From assembly GCA_964411275.1 (NCBI GenBank), contig CAYPKG010000004.1, positions 672-64,671 on the forward strand: DNA of 64,000 bases, in the 5' to 3' direction. The position numbers and the translations under genes are program-made. Origin of the DNA: an uncultured Oscillospiraceae bacterium (GTDB lineage Bacteria; Bacillota; Clostridia; Christensenellales; CAG-138). Under the pieces are notes generated by a model. The model made no database searches and was not told the DNA's origin. It was given only the letters and a program-made list of their open reading frames with translations. This document shows, in pieces, positions 28,159 through 38,469 of the stretch. Within the stretch, counting starts at the first letter, position 1; each line of letters begins with the position of its first letter.

Positions 28159-29631
28159 CTATTCCCGTACAAAAAGTCCCCGTTTTTGCCCCTCCAGTAT
28201 CGCCAGCTTCTCCTGATAGGTACTCACATCCTTCGGGTTTGGAATGCGCTCTACCCGAAGCTCGCGCCCAGGAAACACCCGTTTTGTCATTGCCCCGGCG
28301 CCATTGGCCATGATGCTGGCGATTTCCTCCATCATGTCCACGTTGTAGACGCATTCCTTACCGGGGGCGGCATAGCCCACATTTTCAAGATTGCCCCGCA
28401 TGTACTTCTGCCGGTACGTGTAATAAGGCCGAAGGCCTATCTCCTTTGCGCAGGCCATGCCCAGATCCACCATTTTCGCCACGGCATCCGCGTCGGACAA
28501 GGGGTATTCGTCTAGCTCACGCTTCAACCGGGAGGAGCGCTTCACCGCCAATGTGTGAATTGTTAGATTGTCTGGCATAAGTGCCGCCACAGCCTTCAAG
28601 GAATGCTCAAACGCCGGAAAATTCTCCCCAGGCAACCCCGCGATCAGGTCCATATTGATGCTCTCAAAGCCGATGCTTCGGGCCATTTCGTAGGCGGATA
28701 CAATGTCGTTGGCCGTATGGCTTCTTCCCACCCGGGAGAGGGTTTCGTCGTTCATTGTCTGGGGATTGATGGAGATGCGCCCCACCCCCAGCCCCTTTAA
28801 GGCGTTTAGCTTTGCCCGGTCGATGGTATCCGGCCTACCCGCTTCCACTGTGAACTCCTGGCCATACCCGCCATAGCAGGCGAGGGCGTGCTCGATCAGG
28901 TCCCGCAGCTGATCGGCGCTGAGCACAGTAGGCGTTCCCCCGCCCATATACATGCTGCGCACCCGGTAACCGGCATCCTTCAGGATGGCGGCGCTCATGG
29001 CGATATCCTCTTTGAGCGCGATGAGATACGGCGGCAATTTTTCGCTTCCCCGCCCCAGGGTTTCCGAGGCGAAGGAGCAATACAGGCAGCGGGTTTTGCA
29101 AAAGGGGATGCCAATATACACGTCCGCGTCCTTCTCCCCCATGGAGCCGATGATAGGGGCCTGCACCCCGACGATTTCCCGGGCGAGCTTGAGCTTTTCG
29201 ACGGACACGTCGAACTCCTTCGTCATCATGCGAAGGGCTTCCGCCTCTCCTAGCGTCTCAATCAGCTCCCGTAAGAGCTTTGTGGGCCGAATGCCCGTGA
29301 GCGATCCCCAGGGAAGCGGTGTTTCAGGGAAAAGCTCCCGAAGAGCGCGGTACGCGGCAATCTTCACCGCGCGTTTTTCATACCGTTTGCGCGTCAGCGG
29401 CGTGTCTGCGATATTCGTCATGGGATAGGCGTATCTGCTTTCCCGCCCATCCAGCAAAGCTTGTGCTGTGGCAGTTCCATCGGCAAGGGTCACGCGCAAA
29501 GACAGCGCGCCCTGGTCGAAACTGGAAGGCGCGTCCTCACAAAGGGCGATTTCTTCGATGCCCAGAAAGGCGCGTATTTCTTCGCTGATATCATTTGCAA
29601 AATCCGGACGGTTTGTAGAAAGCCTTACCAT
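28159..29631 (-). CDS. hemZ: radical SAM coproporphyrinogen-dehydrogenase-like protein (HemZ type)
   Basis: CKTRCLYCSF radical SAM motif and a HemN-like core with a roughly 170-aa N-terminal extension. Start is uncertain (ATG 29631 or TTG 29655). Confidence 0.65.
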   Translation of the reverse strand: MVRLSTNRPDFANDISEEIRAFLGIEEIALCEDAPSSFDQGALSLRVTLADGTATAQALLDGRESRYAYPMTNIADTPLTRKRYEKRAVKIAAYRALRELFPETPLPWGSLTGIRPTKLLRELIETLGEAEALRMMTKEFDVSVEKLKLAREIVGVQAPIIGSMGEKDADVYIGIPFCKTRCLYCSFASETLGRGSEKLPPYLIALKEDIAMSAAILKDAGYRVRSMYMGGGTPTVLSADQLRDLIEHALACYGGYGQEFTVEAGRPDTIDRAKLNALKGLGVGRISINPQTMNDETLSRVGRSHTANDIVSAYEMARSIGFESINMDLIAGLPGENFPAFEHSLKAVAALMPDNLTIHTLAVKRSSRLKRELDEYPLSDADAVAKMVDLGMACAKEIGLRPYYTYRQKYMRGNLENVGYAAPGKECVYNVDMMEEIASIMANGAGAMTKRVFPGRELRVERIPNPKDVSTYQEKLAILEGQKRGLFVRE

Positions 29632-30263
29632 TGATGGCCTCGCTCCCTCCTGCAATAGGGATTGTTTTCCCGTTCATATTCCAGAGTCGTTTTGCGCATG
29701 TGCCCGGGATACACCACAGCGTCCCCAGGCAGGGAAAACAGCTTGTTCATGACGCTTTCGATCAGCAATTGAGGGTCGGCGCCGGGAAAATCCGCCCGTC
29801 CTACGGACCGGTAAAACAAGGTGTCCCCTGAAAAAAGCACGTCCTCCACCCAATAGCAAACGCCGCCCGGAGAGTGTCCCGGCGTGTGAATAACCCGGAA
29901 GGAAAGCCCACCCGCCTCGATCAAATCCCCATCCTTCAAAAGCAAGTCCGCATGGCAGGGGCCTATGTGGGCATTGACCATGGCGGCAAGGGACGCGTTT
30001 TCATTTTGCAGCATAAACGCGTCCGCCTCATGAATGCATACTTGGGCGCCGGTAACGGCCCGCAGCTTTGAAACCCCCAGAATATGGTCAAAATGTCCAT
30101 GGGTCAGGAGAATATGCGTGCAGCTTAGCCCGTGGGATTGAAGCCTGGAAAGCACTGCGTCGGCGTCAGCAGGGTCGATGACGGCGCAGGTTGCAGAACC
30201 CTCCTGAAATATAATATAACAATTCGCGTCCAAAGGCCCGCAGGCAAACCGCTCAATCTTCAT
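29625..30263 (-). CDS. MBL-fold metallo-hydrolase (glyoxalase II-like)
   Basis: THGHFDH metal-binding motif; 212 aa. Confidence 0.85.
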   Translation of the reverse strand: MKIERFACGPLDANCYIIFQEGSATCAVIDPADADAVLSRLQSHGLSCTHILLTHGHFDHILGVSKLRAVTGAQVCIHEADAFMLQNENASLAAMVNAHIGPCHADLLLKDGDLIEAGGLSFRVIHTPGHSPGGVCYWVEDVLFSGDTLFYRSVGRADFPGADPQLLIESVMNKLFSLPGDAVVYPGHMRKTTLEYERENNPYCRRERGHQW

Positions 30264-30275
30264 TTTGAACTCCTA

Positions 30276-30722
30276 TCAAAACAACCGCTTGCTGTCCAAT
30301 AAAATGGTGACCGGCCCATCGTTAACAAGCGATACGTCCATCACCGCCTGAAACTCGCCTGTGGCCACCGGAACCTGTGCCCCGATCAAGGCAATGGCCT
30401 TTTCATACAGGGGAATGGCGGTTTCCGGCCTTGCAGCCTTGATAAAACTGGGCCGCCTGCCCTTTCTCGCGTCCCCATACAGCGTGAACTGGGACACTAA
30501 AAGCACGCTTCCGCCCACGTCGGCTACACAGCGGTTCATTTTTTCCTCGTCATCCTCAAACACCCGCAGGCCAACAATTTTATCGCAGATATAGGTAAGG
30601 TCCTCCTGGGTGTCAACATCCTCAATTCCCAGAAAGACCAACAATCCTTTTTCAATTTTCCCGATTTCCTGCCCGAATACGGTCACACTTGCGCTTTTCA
30701 CCCGCTGTACCACTGCACGCAT
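30276..30722 (-). CDS. dtd: D-aminoacyl-tRNA deacylase
   Basis: 148 aa, with MRAVVQRV and SQFTLYGD motifs; classic relA-dtd pairing. Confidence 0.92.
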   Translation of the reverse strand: MRAVVQRVKSASVTVFGQEIGKIEKGLLVFLGIEDVDTQEDLTYICDKIVGLRVFEDDEEKMNRCVADVGGSVLLVSQFTLYGDARKGRRPSFIKAARPETAIPLYEKAIALIGAQVPVATGEFQAVMDVSLVNDGPVTILLDSKRLF

Positions 30723-30739
30723 GTCCTTTACAACCTCCT

Positions 30740-32923
30740 TTAACTGTTCACACGGTATACATCCGTAATACCCTTGAGCTTTTTCATGTTTTTGATTACG
30801 TTATTGAGCTGCGAAGCATTGTTGACGTCAAAGCTCAACTGCACAGAGACCGTTTGGTTGCGGTCCGCCTTTGCGTTAATGGCTTTCATAGAGATATTGA
30901 GGTTCATCAGCGTCTGGGAAACATCCATCAATACCCCAGGACGGTCCGTCGCCTCGATATGGATATTTGCCGTGTAGGAGGAACGCTCGTCTCCTGCCCA
31001 CTCTACCTCAATAATCCTGTCGGTATCGTTACGTAAATCCGCCGCGTTCGGACAGTCTTCCCGGTGCACGGAAACGCCGCGGCCACGGGTGATATAGCCG
31101 ATGATTTTATCCCCCGGCACCGGCGCGCAACACTGGGCAAAGCGAATGACCATGTTCGGCTCGCCTCGGACAATCACGCCCCGGCTGCCTCCCTCATGGC
31201 TTTTTTGCGGCAGCGTTCCCCCGCTCTCCTCCAAGCGTTTGAGCCGCTCCGCCATTTCAGCGGCTTTCGCCTCCTTGCGGTACTGGTCCATGAGCTTATG
31301 CAGCACCTGCCCCGTGGAAATACCGCCATATCCGAGGGTGGAGTAGATATCATCCAGGGTGGACATATTATAGCGTTTGAGGATGTCCTTATAATACTCG
31401 GGTTTGATCAGGGCGGAAAGCTGTTGCCCGTGCCGCTTGGCGGCAGCCTCCAACATTTCCCGGCCCTTTTGGATGTTTTCTTCCCGGTTGGCTTTCTTAA
31501 ACCATTGGCGTATCTTGGATTTTGCCTGCTGGGTTTTCACGATGTTCAGCCAGTCCCGGCTGGGCCCAGGCTGACTTGAGGAGGTGATGATCTCCACCAC
31601 ATCGTTGGTCTTTAGTTTGTAGTCCAGGCGCACCATGCTGCCGTTAACCTTGGCGTGTTGGCATTTATGGCCCACGTTGGTATGAATACGGTAGGCGAAA
31701 TCCAGCGGCGTGGAGCCTGCGGGCAGGTCGAGGATTTCCCCACGTGGGGTTAAAACGAATACATATTCGCTGAAGAAATCCTTCATAATACTGTCCACAA
31801 ACTCACGGGCGTTGGCGGAGTCATCGTCATATTCCAGCGCCTGCCGAAGCCAGGTGAGCTTGCTGTCCAGGTCATCCTGACCGACGCGGCCCTCTTTGTA
31901 CATCCAGTGCGCCGCAATGCCGTATTCCGCTGTACGGTGCATCTCAAATGTCCTGATCTGCACCTCAAAGGGCATACCCTCAGAGCCAAACATGGTGGTG
32001 TGCAGCGACCGGTACATGTTGGTCTTGGGCATTGCGATATAGTCCTTAAACCGGCCTGGCATGGGCTTCCACAACGAGTGGATAATGCCCAGCGCCGCGT
32101 AACAGTCGTTGACTGTTTGCAATATCACGCGGATGGCGATGAGGTCGTAAATCTCCTCCAATGGCCTGTTCTGCTTTACCATTTTTCGGTAGATGCTATA
32201 AAGGTGCTTCGGGCGGCCATTGATGTCGGCCTCTATGCCCTCCTGCTCCAGATGCTCCCGAATGGCATCGATGGCGCTTTGCAGCAGCTGCATTCTTTCA
32301 GCCTGCTGGGGCTCGATGGCGGCGCGCATTTTTTCATATTCTTCGGGCATCAGGTGCATGAAGGACAGATCCTCCAGCTCTCCTTTGATGGCGCCCATGC
32401 CGAAACGGTGGGCCAGCGGCGCGTAAACCTCCAGGGTTTCCTTGGCTTTTCTTGCACGCTTGGCGGTATTGCAATATTCCAGCGTGCGCATGTTGTGCAG
32501 GCGGTCAGCAAGCTTGATGATAACAACCCGGACGTCGTTTGCCATTGCCAGGAACATCTTTCTTAGGTTTTCCGCCTGTTGCTCCTGCTTGGTAATATAC
32601 GTTTGGTCGCCGGATTTGGTCAGCTTGGTCACGCCGTCCACCATGGCGGCGATTTCCTTACCGAACTCATCCGCGATCATTTGTACGGTGATATTTTTTC
32701 CGTCCTCAACCACGTCATGAAGAAGCCCCGCAATCACCGTGGCGCTGTCCATTCCCATTTCATAAAGCATGGTTGCCACAGCCTCAGGGTGTATGAAATA
32801 TGGTTCGCCGCTTTCGCGTTTTTGGTCTTTGTGAACTACCTGCGCAAAATCAATCGCCTTTTTCAAAAGCGCAAGCTGCTCCGCGTTGAACGTTTTGGCG
32901 CAAAGCTCGTATGAAGCGACCAT
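30740..32923 (-). CDS. relA: bifunctional (p)ppGpp synthetase/hydrolase (Rel/RSH)
   Basis: HD hydrolase domain (HPEAVA...LHDVVED), synthetase domain, then TGS and ACT domains; 727 aa. Confidence 0.93.
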   Translation of the reverse strand: MVASYELCAKTFNAEQLALLKKAIDFAQVVHKDQKRESGEPYFIHPEAVATMLYEMGMDSATVIAGLLHDVVEDGKNITVQMIADEFGKEIAAMVDGVTKLTKSGDQTYITKQEQQAENLRKMFLAMANDVRVVIIKLADRLHNMRTLEYCNTAKRARKAKETLEVYAPLAHRFGMGAIKGELEDLSFMHLMPEEYEKMRAAIEPQQAERMQLLQSAIDAIREHLEQEGIEADINGRPKHLYSIYRKMVKQNRPLEEIYDLIAIRVILQTVNDCYAALGIIHSLWKPMPGRFKDYIAMPKTNMYRSLHTTMFGSEGMPFEVQIRTFEMHRTAEYGIAAHWMYKEGRVGQDDLDSKLTWLRQALEYDDDSANAREFVDSIMKDFFSEYVFVLTPRGEILDLPAGSTPLDFAYRIHTNVGHKCQHAKVNGSMVRLDYKLKTNDVVEIITSSSQPGPSRDWLNIVKTQQAKSKIRQWFKKANREENIQKGREMLEAAAKRHGQQLSALIKPEYYKDILKRYNMSTLDDIYSTLGYGGISTGQVLHKLMDQYRKEAKAAEMAERLKRLEESGGTLPQKSHEGGSRGVIVRGEPNMVIRFAQCCAPVPGDKIIGYITRGRGVSVHREDCPNAADLRNDTDRIIEVEWAGDERSSYTANIHIEATDRPGVLMDVSQTLMNLNISMKAINAKADRNQTVSVQLSFDVNNASQLNNVIKNMKKLKGITDVYRVNS

Positions 32924-32978
32924 ATTTCACCTCCCCCTCCCCAATGCAGTTGGACATATATTTTGGCATGGCATATTG

Positions 32979-33011
32979 TAATGAAGAAATCAACGGCAAG
33001 CCGTTGATTTC
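32979..33011 (-). terminator. rho-independent terminator after apt
   Basis: Minus strand GAAATCAACGG-cttg-CCGTTGATTTC followed by TTCATT. Confidence 0.6.
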
Positions 33012-33032
33012 AACATACTATCTGTTATTCTA

Positions 33033-33545
33033 CTAAAAGATCATCACGGAGTCAACAGCATACCCCTTAAGGGTTTCACGTCCACTGAGGTCTGATAGCT
33101 CGATGGCAAACAGTGCCGCAACCACCTCGCCCCCCGCCTGCTCCGCAAGCCGGATTGTGGCCAGCGCCGTGCCGCCGGTGGCAAGCAGATCGTCCACGAT
33201 GGCAACCTTCTGTCCAGGCTGAATGGCGTCCGCGTGCACCTCCAGGATGTCCGTGCCGTACTCAAGGCCATACTCATAGCGGTTGGTCTTGCAGGGCAGT
33301 TTTCCGGGCTTGCGCGCCACAACAAACCCCGCGCCGATGGCGTATGCCAGCGCGGAGCCAATGACGAACCCTCTGGCCTCCGGCCCGATGATCAGTTCAA
33401 TGCCCTTGCCCTCCAATGTTTTGGCCATCCTGTCGATGAGCTCGCGATACGCATCTTTATCCTTAAAAAGCGTGGTGATATCGCGAAACAGTATGCCTTC
33501 CTTCGGAAAATCCGGTATGTTGCGAATGGTTGACTCGAGATCCAT
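33033..33545 (-). CDS. apt: adenine phosphoribosyltransferase
   Basis: 170 aa, PRTase motif VAIVDDLLATGGT. Confidence 0.93.
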   Translation of the reverse strand: MDLESTIRNIPDFPKEGILFRDITTLFKDKDAYRELIDRMAKTLEGKGIELIIGPEARGFVIGSALAYAIGAGFVVARKPGKLPCKTNRYEYGLEYGTDILEVHADAIQPGQKVAIVDDLLATGGTALATIRLAEQAGGEVVAALFAIELSDLSGRETLKGYAVDSVMIF

Positions 33546-33591
33546 AAACCATTACCTCCTTAACGAACTAAGCCTATCTCCATTGCCGCGT

Positions 33592-35997
33592 TTATGAAGC
33601 GGCAAAAACCATACTTTCTTCCAATGTCCGGGCTGTGGGGTTAGGCACACGGCAAATTTCCCCAGTGGCTTGATTGTACTTGAAAAAACCAAGCTCCGCA
33701 AATATCAAAAGCGTCAACAGCGCGCTTTCGTATGTTTCTCCCGGCAGCGCTCTTAGGATCAGCTGATCCCGGGAAAGCGGCCCTTCCTTTAGCGCCAGGG
33801 AAAGCGCCCGGTATGCCCCTTCCATGTATGCCCGGTCGGTCTTAAGCGGGGCAAAAAACCCCTGTTCCGATCCCCTGTCCGTGCCTGCCAGCACTGGGCA
33901 TGTGCAGCCGCCAAGAAGCGACAGGGCTATGGGGCCATCGTGTGTAAAATCGTAAGCGATGATGGTCTGATAGCGGGGCCATTGGGTTTGCAGCACGTCT
34001 AAACATGGCGCAAGCACGATGGTGTTGTTCGAAGTGGCTGAAGCTTCAAAAGAAAACCCCGCCTCCGCACGCTGCGCAAGCTTTTCTTGCAAAAGCAGGC
34101 TTTTAAGCCGTTGAGCGCCTTGTAATGTTGCGCACAGTATCAGCGTGCCCTCAATACCATGGGTTAGCGATGCGACCACCGCCGCGTCGATATCGCCGCA
34201 ATGCTTCACACAAATGGCATCCCGACTAACATTATATAGAACATTTTGAAAAAAAGCATTATAAAATTTTGTTATTTGCTGGTTCAGCCATGGCCCATCC
34301 TGCCAGAAGGAGGTTTCGTTGGCGGCTTTGAGCATAAGTTGCAGCCGCTTGTTTCCTCGAAACGCGTTGATTTCAGCGGTATACAGTATATCAAACGTTG
34401 GCACCGCCAGGCCGTGAGGCGCCCAGCGCTCGGCTTGATGCCCCATATGAAACGCCACAAGCGCCACGCGACGCTCCTCCTGGGCCGCCATTGCCCTTAG
34501 ATGCGTCCGCTCTTTACCCATGCGCTCGATTTGCTCCATCTGGACGTTTCTGGTACAGAATACCGGCTGCGGGTTTCCTTCCCCAAAGGGGGCCATCCAC
34601 TGAAGCTCTTCCACCACGGGCATTGTCAAGGCAAAAAGCTTTGTTTCCACCTCGAACCCCATCCGGGGCAAGTACCGCTCCGCCGGCACGCTCTCCCGAA
34701 GATATGTCTGAAATGCCTCAAAAAAGGCCGGGAAGGCATCCTGCTGCAGCGTGAGCCCCGCCGCCTGGGAATGTCCGCCGTAGCGGGTTAAATGCGTCTC
34801 ACAGGCCTTCAGGCAGTCAAAGAGGTGTACGCCGGGGATGCTGCGGCCGGAACCTGTAAGCGAGTCCCCCTCTTTGTAGAGCAGCAGCACAGGCCGGTGA
34901 TATTCCTCCACCAGGCGGGAGGCGACGATCCCTACGATCCCGGGATTCCAGCCTTCGTCAAACAGCACGATCCCGCGGTTTTCCATAAAATCATAATCGG
35001 CAAGCTTCTCCCGCGCGCTTTTTACGATCTGCCGCTCCTCCATCTGCCGCTTTGCGTTTTCCTCATCCAGCATAAGCGCAAGGGGCATTGCTTGTTCCCG
35101 AGACGTGGCGCACAGCAGTTGAAATGCCCGGGTCGCGTCGCCCATACGCCCCGCGGCGTTGATGCGGGGCGCCAGGCGAAACGCCAGTGTATCGCTTGTC
35201 ACCCGCTCATTTGCCGCCCCTGCCGCCTCCAGCAGCGCCATCAGCCCAGGATGCCGGTGTATTTTTTCCATGCCCAACGCCACGATCACCCGGTTTTCTC
35301 CGGTCAAGGGCACGACGTCGGCCACCGTCGCCAGCGCCGCCAGACATAGGTATTTCTGCATCTCCCCCCTGCCGCCTAAGGCCTCCACGAGTTTAAGCGC
35401 AACCCCTGCCCCGCAAAGCTCTCCGTAAGGATATCGGCCGTCTGGCCGATGAGGATTGACCACCGCCGCGCAGCCGGGCAGCGCATCCGGACACTGATGA
35501 TGATCCGTCACCACCACGTCCATATGAAGGGATTGGGCCAATGCGATTTCCTCCTGGGCGGCGATACCGTTGTCAACGGTTATGATGAGGTCGATGCCAT
35601 CCTTTGCCGCAAGCTCCACAGCGGATTTGTTCATGCCATATCCCTCACCATGCCGGAGCGGAATATGCACCGATACGGTTGCGCCGAGGCTTGATAAATA
35701 TTGATACAGGATGGCGGTTGCGCACACGCCGTCCACGTCATAATCTCCGTAAACGAGTATGGACTCCCGATTTTCCACGGCAGCACGAATGCGCATTACC
35801 GCCTTGTCCATGTCGAGAAGCTCCATCGGGTCCCTGAGCGCCTCAAGGGACGGGCGCAGGTACGCCTGCACCGCTTCACGGGTGGTCAACCCTCTCAGGC
35901 ACAGCGCCGCGCTTAAAAGCTCAGATATTCCGTTTTCCGCCGCGACGCGCGCAATCAGCCCACTGTCCCGGCAACCGTTGTTTTCAAAAACAAGCAT
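33592..35997 (-). CDS. recJ: single-stranded-DNA-specific exonuclease RecJ (long Firmicute form)
   Basis: DHH motifs (GDYDVDG, VTDHH), DHHA1 domain, long C-terminal extension. Confidence 0.9.
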   Translation of the reverse strand: MLVFENNGCRDSGLIARVAAENGISELLSAALCLRGLTTREAVQAYLRPSLEALRDPMELLDMDKAVMRIRAAVENRESILVYGDYDVDGVCATAILYQYLSSLGATVSVHIPLRHGEGYGMNKSAVELAAKDGIDLIITVDNGIAAQEEIALAQSLHMDVVVTDHHQCPDALPGCAAVVNPHRPDGRYPYGELCGAGVALKLVEALGGRGEMQKYLCLAALATVADVVPLTGENRVIVALGMEKIHRHPGLMALLEAAGAANERVTSDTLAFRLAPRINAAGRMGDATRAFQLLCATSREQAMPLALMLDEENAKRQMEERQIVKSAREKLADYDFMENRGIVLFDEGWNPGIVGIVASRLVEEYHRPVLLLYKEGDSLTGSGRSIPGVHLFDCLKACETHLTRYGGHSQAAGLTLQQDAFPAFFEAFQTYLRESVPAERYLPRMGFEVETKLFALTMPVVEELQWMAPFGEGNPQPVFCTRNVQMEQIERMGKERTHLRAMAAQEERRVALVAFHMGHQAERWAPHGLAVPTFDILYTAEINAFRGNKRLQLMLKAANETSFWQDGPWLNQQITKFYNAFFQNVLYNVSRDAICVKHCGDIDAAVVASLTHGIEGTLILCATLQGAQRLKSLLLQEKLAQRAEAGFSFEASATSNNTIVLAPCLDVLQTQWPRYQTIIAYDFTHDGPIALSLLGGCTCPVLAGTDRGSEQGFFAPLKTDRAYMEGAYRALSLALKEGPLSRDQLILRALPGETYESALLTLLIFAELGFFKYNQATGEICRVPNPTARTLEESMVFAAS

Positions 35998-36108
35998 ACA
36001 TTCCTCGCTTCACATAGGAAGAGGCCACAGTGCAGCGTGTGCGCCTGACGGCCTCTAAGACGAGGCCGCTTCCCAAGTTCAATCAGAAAGCGGCCTCGCA
36101 TACATGAA

Positions 36109-37041
36109 TTACTTTTTACTTTTTCCCTTTTTTTGCGCCTTTTGCGTCTTTTCCTTTTGCTGGCGTCTGCTGTACCAGAGCGCCCACATGGGGCTTGCCA
36201 GGAAAATCGAGGAATACGTGCCCGCCAGCAGGCCGATGATGATGGGCAAAGTGAATTCCTTGATGGACTGGATGCCAAGGATGTAGATCATAACCACGGT
36301 CAACAGCGTCGTGACGGAGGTGTTGATGGAGCGGCTGAGGGTTTCCTGAATGGATTTGTTCACCACATCATCCCGATGCTTGCTGATGTACAAATCGTTT
36401 TTGCTGTTTTCCCGGATCCGGTCAAATATGACGATGGTATTGTTGATGGAATACCCAACGATGGTCAGCACCGCCGCAATAAAGGAGCTGTTCACCTGAA
36501 TGCGCAGGATGCAGGTCAACGACAGCATGATCGCAACGTCATGCAAAAGGGCGATCACCGCCGCGAAGCCGGAGTACAGCTCAAACCTGATCCAGATGTA
36601 TACCAGTATCAGCGCGCTTGCGATGAGCACTGACAGGAACGCGTTTCGAATGAGATCCGCGCTGGCAACGCCATCCACCCGGTCCACAAGCTTGATTTGT
36701 GCATTCGGGTATGTTTGCTGGATGATAGTGAGGGCGTTGGTGCGCTGCTCGCTCTCAAGCGCATCGTCATTGAGGCTCTTCATGCGAATGATAGCCTCTG
36801 TCTGGGTGGACGAGGTTGCGCCCGCGCGCACCGCCTGTGCGCCGGCAACGCCCGCCTGTTCCAGAGCGGTTTCGATGACATTCATGTCAAAATCGTCTTT
36901 TAAGTCCACTGTAAATTCCGTGCCGCCGGTAAAATCTACGCCTACATTCAGTCCGCCCGCAAGCAGACCCACCACAAGGCCCGCCAGTATGATAACGGCG
37001 GAAACGAAGGCCATCAGCTTAAATCTTTTAATATAATCCAT
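36109..37041 (-). CDS. secF: protein translocase subunit SecF
   Basis: Six-TM SecF pattern (GVDFTGGT, YSINNTIVIFDRIRE) and a Lys-rich tail. Confidence 0.92.
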   Translation of the reverse strand: MDYIKRFKLMAFVSAVIILAGLVVGLLAGGLNVGVDFTGGTEFTVDLKDDFDMNVIETALEQAGVAGAQAVRAGATSSTQTEAIIRMKSLNDDALESEQRTNALTIIQQTYPNAQIKLVDRVDGVASADLIRNAFLSVLIASALILVYIWIRFELYSGFAAVIALLHDVAIMLSLTCILRIQVNSSFIAAVLTIVGYSINNTIVIFDRIRENSKNDLYISKHRDDVVNKSIQETLSRSINTSVTTLLTVVMIYILGIQSIKEFTLPIIIGLLAGTYSSIFLASPMWALWYSRRQQKEKTQKAQKKGKSKK

Positions 37042-37054
37042 TGCGTTTCCCTCC

Positions 37055-38362
37055 TTACCTGGCGTTCGCTTCGTCCGACTCTTTGAGCCGGCAGAATAGT
37101 GCCTTGTTCTCGATATTAAAGCCTAACAGCAGGTTCATAAGCCCTCTGGTGACCAGCACCGCGTTCAGGAAGCTGACGATGATGCCGATCAACAGCGTCA
37201 CCGCAAAGCCCTTGATGCTGCCGGTACCAAACAATAACAGCACAACCGCCGCAATGATCGTGGTAATGTTGCCGTCGAGGATAGCAGCGAATGCCCGCTG
37301 GAACCCGGCCTTGACGGCGGTGCGCAAGGACTTGCCGCTTCTGATTTCCTCGGACATGCGCTCGAAAATGATGACGTTTGCGTCAACCGCCATGCCGATT
37401 GACAGGATGATGCCCGCGATGCCCGGCAGCGTCAGCTGTACGCCTGGGAACGTGGCCAACAGCGCCAGCACGATGATGATGTAAATACTCAGCGCCAGAT
37501 CCGCCATCAGGCCAGGCAGACGGTACACCACCGCCATAAACACAAACACCAGGAGAATGCCGATGGCGCCTGCGAGTATGCCGTTTTCAAGGGCGTTTTC
37601 ACCCAGGGTGGCGCTGACGGAGCGCACCTCGATCTCTTCCATTTCGATGGGCAGCGCGCCGCTTTGAATTTGTTGAGACAGCAGCTGGGCGCTTTCAGCG
37701 GTGAATGTGCCGCTGATTTCCGCCTGACCCGAAGGGATTGCCGTGTTGACCACCGGCGCAGAAATGACAGTGCCATCCATCACGATGGAAATGCTCTTAG
37801 CGGCGGCTCCCACCTCTGCCTCATTCAGTGCAGCCAGCCTTGCGGTCGTGGCTGCGAATACGCTTGCCGCTTCTGCATTGAGCTTGAAGTTCACCACATA
37901 CGCGCCGCTTTCGTTGATTGACGGGCCGACATTTTCCATGGCCGCGCCGTCGAAAAGCACAGTGCCGTCCGGGTCTACAAACTCGATTTTAGCGGGTTTG
38001 ACCAGGTACTGGGTAATGACGCTGGGGTCATCCACCATGTTGCTTTCGTTGATGGGGATTTCAATGCGCATACGGCCTGTCCCCTGCCGGGCGATGGTGG
38101 CCTCCGGATAGCCCTCGCTATCCAGACGGGTGCGCATGATTGACTCCACGATGGCCATATTATTCGCTAGATTGGGATCGGATAAATCTTTCGCCTCGTA
38201 TACGACGGAAACACCGCCCGTCAAATCCAGTCCTTTGGGGATCTGTTCCGCCAGCGGGCGGATTTCATAAATTCCCCAGGCGATGCCATTGATGGCGATG
38301 ACACCGAATACGGCTGTCAAAAACACGATCAAGACAAGCGCCACGATCTTGCGTACATTCAC
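37055..38362 (-). CDS. secD: protein translocase subunit SecD
   Basis: LDLTGGVS and AVDANVIIFERM motifs. Start set to the GTG at 38362, 8 nt after AAGGAGG. Confidence 0.9.
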   Translation of the reverse strand: MNVRKIVALVLIVFLTAVFGVIAINGIAWGIYEIRPLAEQIPKGLDLTGGVSVVYEAKDLSDPNLANNMAIVESIMRTRLDSEGYPEATIARQGTGRMRIEIPINESNMVDDPSVITQYLVKPAKIEFVDPDGTVLFDGAAMENVGPSINESGAYVVNFKLNAEAASVFAATTARLAALNEAEVGAAAKSISIVMDGTVISAPVVNTAIPSGQAEISGTFTAESAQLLSQQIQSGALPIEMEEIEVRSVSATLGENALENGILAGAIGILLVFVFMAVVYRLPGLMADLALSIYIIIVLALLATFPGVQLTLPGIAGIILSIGMAVDANVIIFERMSEEIRSGKSLRTAVKAGFQRAFAAILDGNITTIIAAVVLLLFGTGSIKGFAVTLLIGIIVSFLNAVLVTRGLMNLLLGFNIENKALFCRLKESDEANAR

Positions 38363-38469
38363 TACGCTTTCCTCCTTCGCGATGCGGGTCCGCACAATGC
38401 GCGGATACCCAAAATACAACAATGCTTATTATGTCACAGACCGCGCCCGGTTTCAAGTACCGGCCGCGC

